A stretch of DNA of 64,000 bases, taken from the NCBI GenBank assembly GCA_026914245.1, contig CP110439.1, forward strand, positions 1,178,001 through 1,242,000. Direction: 5' to 3'. The stretch is from Puccinia triticina. Its lineage: Eukaryota. This document shows, one piece after another, positions 51,535 through 64,000 of this stretch. Numbering within the stretch: the first letter of the stretch is position 1; each line of letters begins with the position of its first letter. Below the pieces are notes generated by a model. The model was not told where the DNA came from. It worked only from the letters and a program-made list of their open reading frames with translations, and ran no database searches. The translations under genes and the position numbers were made by a program.

Positions 51535-51773
51535 TGTTGAGTTGTCTGTTAGTCTGCTACCATGATGTATCAACACAGTATGGAGGGCTGTCGGATCAAC
51601 CCATGAGCACTACCAACCAACCACCTAGCTGCCAGCCACAAGCATCTGTAGCCTAGTTGGTAAAGGCAGCACTCTAGTATGTGTCTCAGCATAGCTGATG
51701 TCATGAGTTCAACTCTCACCAGAAAAATCATCATTTCACAGTCTCTACATGGTCTGCAGTTGATAACCCAACA
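51535..51773 (+). mobile_element. Solo-LTR-like sequence containing a tRNA-like unit (51642-51727)
   Basis: TGTTG...CAACA ends; shares tagcctagttggtaaaggcagcact with the LTRs at 54835 and 55228; no matching TSD. Confidence 0.5.
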
Positions 51774-51815
51774 AATAGCTACACTTGAAATTACAGTTGG
51801 GTTTGTGGAAGCTAT

Positions 51816-52919
51816 CACTACAAACATTTATTATTTTGCCCAAAAAAGAAATAAAAGTCAACATGAAAAAAATGAAACCAGAATTTCACTCAGGGGAACA
51901 AACTGAGCATGCTGAGCCAAAAAAATAAAATGTCCCAAACTGAGCAAAAATCATTGGACAATGTTTTGGGATGGTTTTTTTCACGGGCCTGGCGGGCCTG
52001 GAGCGGGCTTGAGCGGGCCTTGAGCGGGCCTGACACGGGCCAACCCCAAAAGCACATTGGGTCAGCATTAAAGGAGTTTTGCCTTGCCCTGGGAGCTGCT
52101 GGGTCTTTTGATGGGCCCAAAATCTCAACATGGGCTTTTGGTGGTCTAGAAGTATCAACTCGGGCCACTGAATAGCCCATGGGCCTTTGAATTCCCAGAA
52201 AGCCCACCATGAGCCCCCACATAGCTAATGGGCTCTTGGTTGCCCATGAAGATTCCTATGTAGTATGGGCCAACAGATACTTCCATCATGGGATCCCATG
52301 GGCTTTTTGCCTCCTTGCTGGGCCACAAAAAGCCCATGGGGAGCGTTTTGGACCATCAAAAGCCCATGAGGATATCTGTTGGCCCATGGAGATCTTCATG
52401 GGCCACCAAAAGCCCATGAGGGTATCTGTTGGCCCATGGAGATCTTCATGGGCCACCAAAAGCCCATGAGGGTATCTGTTGGCCCATGGAGATCTTCATG
52501 GGCTACCAAGAGCCCATTAGCTATGTGGGGGCTCATGGTGGGCTTTCTGGGAATTCAAAGGCCCATGGGCTATTCAGTGGCCCGAGTTGATACTTCTAGA
52601 CCACCAAAAGCCCATGTTGAGATTTTGGGCCCATCAAAAGACCCAGCAGCTCCCAGGGCAAGGCAAAACACCTTTAATACTGACCCAATGTGCTTTTGGG
52701 GCAGGCCCGTCTCAGGCCCGCTCAAGCCCGCTCCAGGCCCGCCAGGCCCGTGAAAAAAAACCATCCCAAAACATTGTCCAATGATTTTTGCTCAGTTTTT
52801 GACATCTTATTTTTTTGGCTCAGCATGCTCAGTTTGTTCCCCTGAGTGAAATTTTGGTTTTATTTTTTTCATGTTGACTTTTATTTTTTTTTTGGGCAAA
52901 ATAATAAATGTTTGTAGTG
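51816..52919. mobile_element. Non-autonomous CACTA (En/Spm) element, nearly fully palindromic
   Basis: CACTAcaaac...gtttgTAGTG; 3-bp TSD TAT; ~420-bp arms; internal 50-bp tandem repeats. Confidence 0.92.
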
Positions 52920-54883
52920 TATTTCACTCTTTCCTCAACTTGTTGATGATTAATTTTGTTGAAAAGTAGAGTAGTGCCAAGTGAAGCACTTTGTGCTGAT
53001 ATTTGGTCAAAGGAAAATGTAAAGGATTTCCTGAATTTATTTTACATGTCACCACCTTTTCTCCATTCATCCAAAATAACAATCCTAAAATCTACCAAAC
53101 TTAAACTTTCCCAGACTTGCTAAATCCATCTTGCCAATCATCAAGCTATCAAGGCTGTTTTTTTGCAAATTATCAAAAGAGGGAATGGTCCAAGAACAGG
53201 CACCATTGTTTACAGATATGTCTTCTTGTCAGCTTGATTCTTTATATAAACACAATGCAGAACTCAGGAGATTGGTTCTCAGTTTGGTGTGTCAATTAAA
53301 AGAAGCTGATGAAAATCAGCCAGCCAATACTAGTTCCCAATTTGGTGAAATCCAATCAATATCAACTTGTTTTCAATCTTATTTACTTCTTGCTCAGCTT
53401 TACATAGTTCCTTTATTCCCAGTCATGGACAATGTATCTTCACAAATTCCTTTGAAAACTGGCCTTGTGACTTGGAATACCATGTTCTTGACAGCTACCC
53501 ATAATGCTGTCCAAGCTGTCCCCTCCTTTGATCAAAAAATCTTTTATTAGTCTCAGGCCCCAATTATAAACAGCTTTTGAAACTTTATTCAAATCTATCT
53601 CTGATTGTTTTGAAGCCCGGTTGTAACTTGTTTATAGTTACATACAGGGTTTCCAAAGTGATTCAAAACCCAGCCAATTATGAAATCATGTGCACACACA
53701 GCCAATTTTGGAATTGGTGTACAGGAATACTGGGCAGCTGAGCTGTTCTTCTCTACTAGGGGTCACCAGTGAGTCCTGGGGTTTGCAACCCGGTCGGCGG
53801 GCTTGCGTTGGACGCATGCCTATCTGTTGACCTTGCGCAGCAGCCTTGGCCCAGGAACCTTCAGAAACCTGGCACCGTACAGCTTTGGCGAGACCAAAGA
53901 GCTTGGAAAAGTCTGAAAAATTACATGTTGTGACACCCAGACAAGTTTGTTGGGGCTGCATCCTGTCAGCCTACATGATTCCAAGGATAATAATCCTTCT
54001 AGCTACACAAGCTGCAAAGTGAAATAAATCAGCCAAAAGTGAATTCTTTGTTCCCCTAAGTACATATGTACACATTGATGGAGCTGCAGGGTGGAATATT
54101 GCGGGACACTGAATTGGAGTTGCCTTCATGTCACCTGATGTGTAGTGACCCCAGACTTTTCATGGTGTAGTCTCTTTGATATTCCTAATATTGTCTGATT
54201 GAAGGATCAAAAGTGAATCATGGCGCTTTACTATAAAAATTTCAGATCATATTCTCGTAATACTGTTGTACTTGTTAGAGATAGCGTCACCAGGCACTTA
54301 CAACAAAAGTTAGACTCATAACTCTTCCGTTGAGTTATATCTATCATTATCTTATAGTTACCATCTTTCCAAACTCCTTCTTCTATCTTTCATCTTCAAT
54401 TAATAAAATAATAAATATATGGTGTGGTGATTTATATAGGCGAGCGCGGTAGAATGTCCACGCGGGGATAGCGCGGGCGGGAATGCACAAAGCCGCTCAG
54501 GCCGAGTGTATTCCGGTGACATAAGCACTGAGGATGAGGTCAGGAAAGCACACTAAGAAAGCTTACGGAAAGTCACGCGCGGACTGGAATGCACAGATTG
54601 CGGATTTCGGATTGGGTATTTGGATTGGAGCGGAAAAGACAGGGCTGGACTGCGGTGGGGCTACACACGTAGACTGGGAGCAGCGGCGCGTCAGCGGGTG
54701 AGCCACAACAGCCAAAGCGGGTTCCACCAGCGGGTGGAACCGGGGTGGAGGCGGTGGCAAGAGACCGGCTGACGGGGGCTAGACAGAGGACGGTGGGAGG
54801 TCAAGCGTTGGAGAGGAGCGGAGTCTGGGAAAGTTGTTGAAATGTTGTAATCCTCAGTGGTCAAAATCAACAAATCAGGCATG

Positions 54884-54884
54884 G

Positions 54885-54937
<53 letters not shown>

Positions 54938-54973
54938 AAGCTAAGGTCGCTGGTTCAAATCCTGCCCAAGTCA
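54884..54973 (+). tRNA. tRNA-like gene in an LTR (long variable arm, 8-nt anticodon loop; identity unclear)
   Basis: Acceptor GACTTGG/CCAAGTC, D-stem GCCT/AGGC, GCACT/AGTGT stem, TTAGC/GCTAA arm, T-arm GCTGG-TTCAAAT-CCTGC, downstream TTTT. Confidence 0.65.
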
Positions 54974-55290
54974 ATCATTTTCTGCTAAGCGTCTGCAAAA
55001 TGCATTGTTAGTTTTAACACGATTAACAGTTGAAATGTGCTATGCGCATGACATGCATTTACATGAGATTATGCAATATTGTACTTATGCAATATGCAGC
55101 TTTGGGGTATAACCCTACTTTGGAATATGCAAAATCCACTTATGCAATATGCATTCTCACTGTATAGACTAGCTCAGGAATGATTGAATTCAGGGTCTCC
55201 TTTCTCCCACTGTGGATTAAGGAGGTGTGTTGAAATTTTGTAATCCTCAGTGGTCAAAATCAACACATCAGGCATGGACTTGGTAGCCTA

Positions 55291-56641
55291 CACCACCTGC
55301 AAATGGGTGTGGTTTTCTCCGCAGCCACACCCAGTGGTTTTCCAACTGAACTCGCGCGGCCCCCGGGAACCATCATTCGGGGTAAACATAACTCGCCCGG
55401 GCCGGTCATCTGGCTGGTCACATGACGACCAGCCAAGTTGTACAGCTTGATGAACGGCGAGCCGCGGGTCATCAGGACGCACCAATGACCGGACAGCTGG
55501 GCGGTCATCAAGGTATACATGCCTCGATGACTGGTCAGACGGCTGGTCGTCAAGGCAGACAGCTCGATGACTGGAGCCGGCCGGTCATCAAGACGGTAGA
55601 CACTTGATGACCGGCCATCTAATCGGTCATTAAGGCACAGATACAACTCGATCACCGGCCAGCTGGCTGGTCATCGAGGTGTCCTTGATGTCAAGGTACA
55701 TGTACCTTGATGACCAGCCATCTGAGCAGTCATCGAGGTATACACCTCAATGACCGGCCAACTGGCTGGCCATCAACATATGTACCTTGATGACCAGCCA
55801 GCCGGCTGGTCTTTGAGGTATGAATGTACCTTGATGAACCGACCCGAGCTGGCCGGTCATCAAGGTGTATGCCTTAATGGCAGGTTGGCTCCGGTCATCA
55901 ATGATCAAGGCCTTGATGACCGGCCGGCTCCGGTCATCAATGATCCAGCCTTGATGACAGGGATGATCAAGGTGTATGCCTTGACGACTGGCCTGCTCCG
56001 GTCATCAAGGTGCCTGTATACCTCGACGACCAGCCAGCTGACCGGTCATCAAGGTACAATTTTGATGGCCAGCCAGTTGGCCGGTCATTGAGGTGTATAC
56101 CTTGATGACTGGTCAGACGGCTGGCCATCGAGGTATACATGTACCTCGATGACCGGAGCCAGCCGGTCATCAAGGACACTTCAATGACCAGCCAGCTGGC
56201 CGGTCTGAGGTGATCGAGGTGTATCCTTGATGACCGGTCATTGATCAGTGTCTGCCTTCTTGATGACCGGCCGGCTCCGGTCATCGAGCTGTCTGCCTTG
56301 ATGACCAGCCGTCTGACCAGTCATTGAGGCATGTATAGCTCGATGACCGGCCAGCTGTCCGGTCATTGGTGTGTCCTGATGACCCGCGGCTGTCCGGTCA
56401 TCGGTGTGTCCTGATGACCCGCGGCTCGCCGGTCATCAAGTTGCACAACTTGGCTGGTCGTCATTTGACCAGCCAGATGAACGGCCCGGGTGAGTTATGT
56501 GTATCATCACCCCGAATGATGGTTTCCAGGGGCCGCACGAGTTTTCCGGGGGCCGCACGAGTTTTCCGGGGGCCGCGCGAGTTCCGAGGGAAAACCACTG
56601 GCTGTGGCTGCGGAGAAAACCACACCCATTTGCAGGTGGTG
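55291..56641. mobile_element. CACTA-like non-autonomous element with CACCA termini, inserted in the tRNA A-box of the second LTR
   Basis: caccacctgcaaatgggtgtgg...ccacacccatttgcaggtggtg; 3-bp TSD CTA; internal gatgaccgg / ccggtcatc satellite. Confidence 0.88.
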
Positions 56642-56684
<43 letters not shown>

Positions 56685-59599
56685 AAGCTAAGGTTGCTGG
56701 TTCAAATCCTGCCCAAGTCAATCATTTTCTGCTAAGCGTCTGCAAAATGCATTGTTAGTTTTAACAAAAGTGACAAGCGGTATAGCGGGTGGAGCTGGAG
56801 GACTAGTGCGGGAAAGTGTCAGATGTGCGGAATTGAGTGGGAACGGCAATGTGCGTGGAGGGAAGGACGGGGGAAGGGGGGATGGATTTCTCTTCTCTTT
56901 TTCTTATCCTATCATCATCTTACTCATCATTGTACTTACAACTACGGACGTACTAGAGTTATTAGGAGATTATCTGGGATCTTATCTTTACTTTGAGAGT
57001 TACTTGCGGATTTTGTGCTTACAAAGTGCAGAGCTTTATTCACTTGCGGATTATTACGCTATAGATCAGGCTCAGTAGAGGAGCGCTGAATGCTAGCGGA
57101 AAGTAGCAGTGCGGAGCCAAGTTACCGACAATCACACAGCCTGGACACTAATATTCTTGAAGGAGGCGGTCAGCGAAAATTTCCACCGACTAACCAGCTT
57201 TCATTCTCACAACAGACTTACTTCACGCACTGCAAAAAGCTCTTTGTGCACTGTGCGTGAAGGGCGCAACTTTTTCAAATTATTTTTTGACCAATCAATA
57301 GACAAGCTTATTAGTGTCCTCTGTGAATTTATTTGGAGTTTTTTGAAGCTTCCTTGTATGCTTAAAAATTCCACAAATAAAAAGAACAAGTACAGTCATT
57401 TGGGGACCTGGAATCCATATTCCCACCAGCCAAAAAATCCAAATAATTTAGTGAATCACTAGAGGCCAAGGCGGCTGCGCCGCTGCAGGGCAAAAAACAC
57501 ACTTACAGGTATGGGCTCTGGCAAGGATAGAAAAATCAGACCCAGCCCATCCACAAGATCTATGGCACAGGATTAAAAACTCAGTCTATCTTACATGATA
57601 CCAAGTGTGGCCTTTGTGAACCATATGTTCCTTATTTTCAGTCAGAACATTCAGATGCATCCCAATCACCACCCTAAACTGTATGTGACATATACAATTT
57701 GCTTCAGCTCTATCTTTTCCTGAATAAATGTCATGCCAAGTCTTGAAGGTACATATGTGCCTAAGGCTCAATATTAAATCAGATAATCTTGGATAAAAAA
57801 TGGCATTACCAAACATGATGTTTTCACAATGTTTTGCCTAATCTCAAACATAAATGCACCTTTTTTCAAATTTTAAATGCAATATTTTCCCCTGACAAAT
57901 GGCATTACCAAACTCAGACAGCATGTTTTCACAATTATGCATGAATCACTTGTAGTTGTATAATGATCACTAAGATAAGCAACAATTGGAAAATTGTTGG
58001 AATTTTGCCATTTCCTCTTACTTACACCTCTAAAACAATGTTTCATGTCATTCTCAAAAGCATTGCCAGTATCCTTGTTAGTACAGATTTTATTACACCA
58101 TGTAGTCATTGAACCATGAGTAGTAGATAATACTTTGTCATACTTGTTATCACGCATAGTCTCAGAGATAGTATAGATGAAACTTGTCTTGATCAGAAGT
58201 TTTTCATTATTCTATTGTTTTCCAACCACTTGTTGGCCGCTTGTTTTTAGTCTATTTAAAGCCAGCCTACAACAAGAAATTACACTCATTGGTTCTCCTC
58301 ATTCTTTCTCCGCGCCCCACTGAGCCGCATCTGGTGAGAGAGTCATCCTCACTGCCCCAATTCTTGAGTTTTTATCAATACTCATCTTAGCCCTTTTATT
58401 TCTTGTGCCTGAAAGTTCTAAATTCTAACAAAAAATTGATGGTACAATGATTGCTTTACAGATAAGCAAGAATCAATATTGTTTGTGCAAGACCCTTTTA
58501 CACAGGAACCAAAAAATCCAGCTTTCAGTAATATGAGACAAGGTGGCTGCACCTCTGCAGGGCATCAGGGGTTCAATTCACAGCATTGAAAAAAATGTTT
58601 CCTGAAAAAGACACCAGAAGGCCAGCCTGCACACTAATAATTGTGTGGCTTGTGGCTTGTTAATGTGTTATCAAGCAGAGAACTTGCATTTTTTATTCTT
58701 TGGCTAACAGTGACACCTTAAAAATGAATAACACAGTTTTGGATGAGTCAGTGTGTAAATTGCATCAATACCCATTTCAGAAATCCCAAGTAGAAACAAA
58801 GGTGCAACAAGTACAATACATGTAATTGTATTTCACTGTATTGTATTGGAAAAATATCAAAATAAATTTATCTGTATCATATTTTTTTCCAAAAACTGTA
58901 CATATGTATCATTGGAATTGTTTGGTGAAACCAACACAAAACATATTTATTGTAATTGAATGTATCTGCATGAAAATACAATACAATGTATAGCCTATAC
59001 AATACATGTATTGTAATTGTTGCAGTGTTGGTAGAAAGGAAATCTCTTCATTACAAACAAGCATGCACTGCTCAGCTGGCTGTGGATATTTCAATCAGGC
59101 AAGCTAAAAACCAGCAAACGTTGATTTTGTAGAAATGGGTTGGATGCCAAGTGACCATGTCAAGAATAGTATACAATCACTGACAAGCAAAGGGGGAATA
59201 GTCATGGCCTGGAGCTGATAATTAATCTGTTGTGTATCAAGCTGAAAAGGAGCTATTATGTGCATGTAGCATCAGTCAAAAATGTAGCATCAGTCAAGAA
59301 TGTAGCATCAGTCAACAACATACATCAATTTGAACTGATGAGACCTAATTGCAGACAATACTCTCCACCTCCAGAATCTTCTTCCTCAGAGTAATACATA
59401 TTCATGGAGAGCAATGATCCATCTGAGATCATTTGCACCCCGTCCTCCTCCACTCTTCAAATAAACTATCTGCATTTCTTTTGGGTTGAATGATTGGGTA
59501 AAGGTAAGATATCTATATAAATTCACGAATCAATACCAGAGAATGGTAACAGAGCAGATACCGTGTGTTATTTGGTATGATTTGGTTGGAGTTGGGGGC

Positions 59600-62330
59600 A
59601 GTTATGCGTGTTTAGCAAGGATGATAAGAAGACATCAAAGGGGAGACAAGAAAGTCTATTATAAGCAGGACAACGCGACTGTCCTCAGAAACGCCAAGGG
59701 TTGATTGGCAGAGGCCGGGAAATAATTGTCCTGTCGATGATGGGTTTCTCATTAGGGTGCACTTATGAGCGGCGGGTCGGCGTGTACGCCGGACGGGCGG
59801 CCAAGCCGCGACAACAAGCGTGTGTGTGTGTGTTTTTGAGGGGGAGGGGGAGGGGTAAGGGGGGCCAGAGTGATAGCGCACACTTTGCCAACAAAGAAAG
59901 GCCTAATGGCGGCCACTGTTTGGGTCGCCGAGATGAGGACGGGGGTAAACGACAAGAGCCGGGGGATCCCCAAGATTCTGTTTCTTATGAGAGGGGAGGG
60001 CAGAGTCCAGGCGGTCAAGGGGGCGGGTTCTGGATGAACCCGGCCCCAACCCAGGTCTGTCAGGGCCTGAGAAAGAGGATGTGATGGGCAGGGGCAGCTA
60101 GATCACACTGATAGCGGCATGTTTTGGCAAGTGAGGACGGTTGAGATGTGCCGCAAGCGCCACTGAGATCGTCCGCAAAGCAGTCTTCTCAACGGGCGGG
60201 TTTGGATGTGCATGAGTAGGTAGAGACTGTCCACCCCGCTCACATGGATATACGCCCATGGGGGCACAGGGTGACAGCGCACTGCCCCCACGCGTTGTGG
60301 CGTGGGCCAGTCTCTCTGCTGTTCACCTGTGCCGGCTACTGAGTCTGACGCGGCTAGGCGTTGGGGCTCTGCCCTCCTTCCGGGAGGGAAGCCCATTTCT
60401 CACTATGCGCCTAGGCGTGTGTGGGTCGAAGGGGAAAGTGGTCTCTCGCTGCCAGTGTGGCCAGGTTCATCCTGGCTGGCAGTGTCGAGACACATTCCCG
60501 AGCAGAAACAGCAAATGAGAGTCCAGGGAGTGGGGGACGAGCCGCTAAGCCCCACTCCTGGGCTCTGTCTTGATGGGTGGGTGGGCGGTGTGAAAAAAGA
60601 AAAATGTTTCTCCGGGGAAAAGAAGTACGACGAAGCTGAGATGGAGCAGGGAAAACTCCTGCTGCCAGCGGCTGCTTTGTCGGCCTCTGCTTTCCCAGGG
60701 AGAAACCTAGGCTTTGCAAGCCTGGCTCTAAAACTTGCCGCCTCTCTCTGGCGCAAGTTCTATGGCGTCATCGCCTCTCTGGGAAATTCCCAGAGTATCA
60801 CTCTAGCTGCAGGAGAACTCCGACTCAGGTAGCGCTGGGTGTGTCCCTGTGGCTGTGTGGACATTGGGGCCCTAGGAGCTGCGCTCTCCGGGCACCTCCC
60901 ATGAGAAAGTTGGCGTGGGGGGCTTGGCGGGCGGGTTGAAGCGGGAAGAGCTCAGCTGGGCGTCGGTGTTGAGGATCTTGGTGATGACTACCCGGTTCGG
61001 GTCTTCTAATGGCTTGATCAGCTGTTTTGGCTAACGAGTTCGATACAGACAAGATCAAGAGGTCAGCATGCTGTTCAATCTCGCGCAGGTTGAGGCCGTT
61101 GGTGCAAGCGGGTTAAGGGGTTTTATGTGCAGCTTGCCCGGGCTGGTTTTTTGGTGGATGAAGCGGGGGTGTGGAGGGGTTAGGGGGACAAGTGCATTGG
61201 AGGCGTTGTGGATGAGAGCTGGATGGCGTGGATGAGGTGGGAAAAGAGCGGGTCCTGAGCAAGTAGGCCCTCCAGTGGCTCGTCCTCCTCGCCCCCCGCA
61301 GTAGCAGCAGCAGTCCCGCCAAAGGCAGACTTGCTTGATTCGCTGGTGTCGCTTGGATGACAGAGGGGCCCGGCCCCGGCTAGCCAGGCTTTCAGCGTCC
61401 GGATATTACTCCGTTGCTTGACATTTGTCCGTTCCAGGGCGCCGTTGATCGCGAGGAGCAAGGCATATTACTGATCTCAAAATCCAGAATCTACGGGCAA
61501 AAACCCACAGGCTGTTTCAGTAGTGGTTTGTGTGAGAGAGAGAGAGTATGTGTGTGTGGGGGGGGGGGGGGGGGGGGGGCTCACCTTTGCCGGTGACTTA
61601 TGCGCAGTCGAGTGTTTCAGGATACGGGTATTTAAGGTGTGTGGGTGTAGTAGCGGGGGGCGGGATAGCGAGCGGGATCAGGTCAATGGTGTGTCTGATT
61701 CAGGGTGAGGGCTGGATCCCTGCTGTCGGTCTGTTGGGTGCTGGTTTTGGTTTTGGATGGAGGTGGCTGTAGCAGCTGGTTTGCATGTCTGGTGGTTGGC
61801 GAGGGAACGGCTGGGAGGCAGAACAACGGCAAGAGGGGCAAGGGTTGTGGTGTGAGCACGCGCGCCCCTGGCAAGTAAAATGGCGAGGCGGTGACTTCAT
61901 TGTATGTATGTATATTAGATGGGTGGGAGACCAGGGTCTCAGCAAAAACTCCGGTCTTGTTGACAACACCTAGCCGGTCAAAGCACCACCGTGCAGGTCA
62001 GAGGTACCGGATGTGCATGGCGGTGGCGTAGTTGTCAAGGCTAGACGGATTTGGCAGTCAAGTGCGCTGGTGGAGTCTGCTGAGTGCTAGGTAGTGCCAG
62101 ATTGTCTATGTATAAAAGGAGGTTTGGCTTGCTTGTTTGTGTCCCCCAGGACGTCCTCTGCCGCTGTACTTCCAGCGTGCGGTTCGTCCTCAACCCCCTC
62201 TGCTGTTGCACTTGCACATTTTGAGGGGCTAAACTTGTTGGCCCCCCTTTGCATAATGCCTTCAATGCGGCGCGCTGGGGGTCATCCTCTCACTGTTTTT
62301 TAACCCTGCTAGACAGGGATGGACGGTGGG
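59600..62330. other. GC-rich, stop-riddled region; probably a decayed transposon coding region
   Basis: Composition shift, only short ORFs, microsatellites and a long G run near 61560. No domain recognised. Confidence 0.3.
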
Positions 62331-63175
62331 CCACGGTGCATCAGCTTGCTGATGTTAGGTGGCTGTTTGCAGGTTTTTGTTGATTTTGGCATTTGTAGAG
62401 GGAAAACCCTCCATGTTTTTTTCATGGAAGTTGTAAAGGGGAAACCCTTGATTTTTTTTTTGTGATTTTTGGAGATTTGTAGGGGAAACCCTTGAAGTTT
62501 TGTTTTGTGATTCAGAGGCTTTAATTATGGTATTCAAAATTGCATATGCCACTGTTTACATAAAATCATAAAGCCCATTTTGGCTGGGAGATGTCAATGT
62601 GCATAAAACTTAAAGTGACATCTCCCAGCCAAAATCGCAGTTTATGATTTTATGTAAAAAAATCTTATGCAATTTTGAATACCATAAATAAACTTGGATA
62701 TTAAATATATTCCAAGTTTATTAAAGACACAGATTTGCCAGAACCGTAAAAAAAAAATCAAGGGTTCCCCCTGTATGTACACAAACTGAGAGAAAAAAAT
62801 CATGAGTTTCCCCATTGGACAAAAAACCAATGCAAAATCCGCAATGAATCCAAAACAAAAAATGCAGCTCTCTATTTTCAACCTAGCCTTCCAACATCAG
62901 CAGTGCTGTGCCCCCAGGCTCAACCTCCAGCCCACATCAAGTGTGCGGGTCAAAAAGGTTGGACATGAAGGCTCCCGGCCTGCAGCAAAGGCTGCTGACC
63001 AGTGGGGGGCCCACTCTTTACCCCTCAGACTGCGCACGCGCAACAGCGGAGGGGTTGAGGACAATGGATAGCTGGAAGTGCAGCATCTCCAATTGCCTGG
63101 GGAAACAGCTACACCGCCAAGCTACCACCTTTTAAGCTCTCCGCTCCCTATCAGGCCAGAACGTTCTCTCCCCTC

Positions 63176-64000
63176 ATGCAAACATCACGCCACACCGCGG
63201 TCCCGTAACTGTAATTGATTCCATGGCAACACACCAGCCTTTGAGAATTTCAAGCCTTTATACATACTCTCTTCCCCAATATTTGGCCTCACCTGGACCC
63301 AACCCACCCTGCAGCCCTTGCAACGGTTCACTGTTAAGACCGTTGCAGGCGCCAAAGCGGCCTCCACACCAAACCTGGTGATTGCCAAATCTAAGGCCAA
63401 GTTCTTTGCCAAGCTCCTTGCCCCCCATCTCGCCGAGCTCGATCACGCCCGCGAATCCAAGCTGATTGTCAAACGGTTGTGGGATTCCATATTAGTCATT
63501 TGCACTGGCTGACGTATGGTATCATGATTGTGCGAGTTTTTCCCCTCCCCCTCCTCTCTTTCCTACACCCCATTTGCTAATACATCCAAAAATTCCACCT
63601 GATGCCAGATTTGACAAACATAAATTCAATGATGAGATGATTGCCACATTTTCCTCCTCCTATTTCGAAGAAGAAATCTACAACTTGCAACTCGACTTGC
63701 TCCAGCAGCTTGCCAGTCTCATCAAGATTTTGCCAACCTCATTCTTCCCCAATCAAACCAGATGGATTCCGTTCAGGATGAAGCAAGAGTATGCCATTAC
63801 ATCAGCGCTCTCCATCCTCCATCGGGCTAACCTCTCGGACTCCTCCCTCTGGTTTGTTTTTTTGAGGAATACAGCCAGCTAGCAGCATTCTGAGTGCTCG
63901 GAGCAGCGGGCTCCACTTCCTCGAGTAGATCTTGTGTCTCTTTGACGGGTTCAAACGGCCCGCCCGATTCCCATCTCAGCAGGACCACCACCATCACTCC
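63176..64000 (+). pseudogene. Possible decayed spliced gene or TE ORF running off the window
   Basis: Protein-like frames (KLIVKRLWDSILV; FEEEIYNLQLDLLQQLASLI) separated by an intron-like gtatgg...ccag segment, with in-frame stops. Confidence 0.3.

Larger units (their letters stand above)
54835..56766 (+). mobile_element. Miniature or internally deleted LTR retroelement (TRIM-like) with tRNA-containing LTRs
   Basis: LTRs at 54835-55019 and 55228-56766 (185 bp once the insertion is removed; 3 substitutions). TGTT...AACA ends, 5-bp TSD AAAGT, purine tract aaggaggtg before the second LTR. Confidence 0.88.

Noticed and set aside
30188..57213. Giant composite transposon bounded by related termini
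   Set aside because: The two termini face outward, so they belong to separate copies.

Overview
Repeat-rich eukaryotic fungal DNA. Short GT-AG introns, the gene families and the transposon set point to a rust fungus (Pucciniales, Puccinia-like); this is inference. Host genes, all spliced by hand: a secreted cysteine-rich rust-family protein (3272-5929, -), proteasome lid subunit RPN9, a ZIP zinc transporter with a 14-nt microexon, and a compact island of ALG13 and mitochondrial PheRS (start codons overlap head-to-head), an ankyrin protein and a frameshifted 2OG-Fe(II) oxygenase. Most of the rest is transposon sequence: a three-gene PIF/Harbinger-type element with an abutting MITE, a full-length LINE with two lesions, foldback elements with 8-bp TSDs, CACTA-type elements and a Copia remnant. 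Best leads: (1) a ~1-kb highly base-paired noncoding region between RPN9 and the ZIP gene with telomerase-RNA-like order of parts; (2) a miniature LTR retroelement whose 185-bp LTRs each hold a tRNA-like Pol III unit, analogous to Cassandra. No computation or database search was run.
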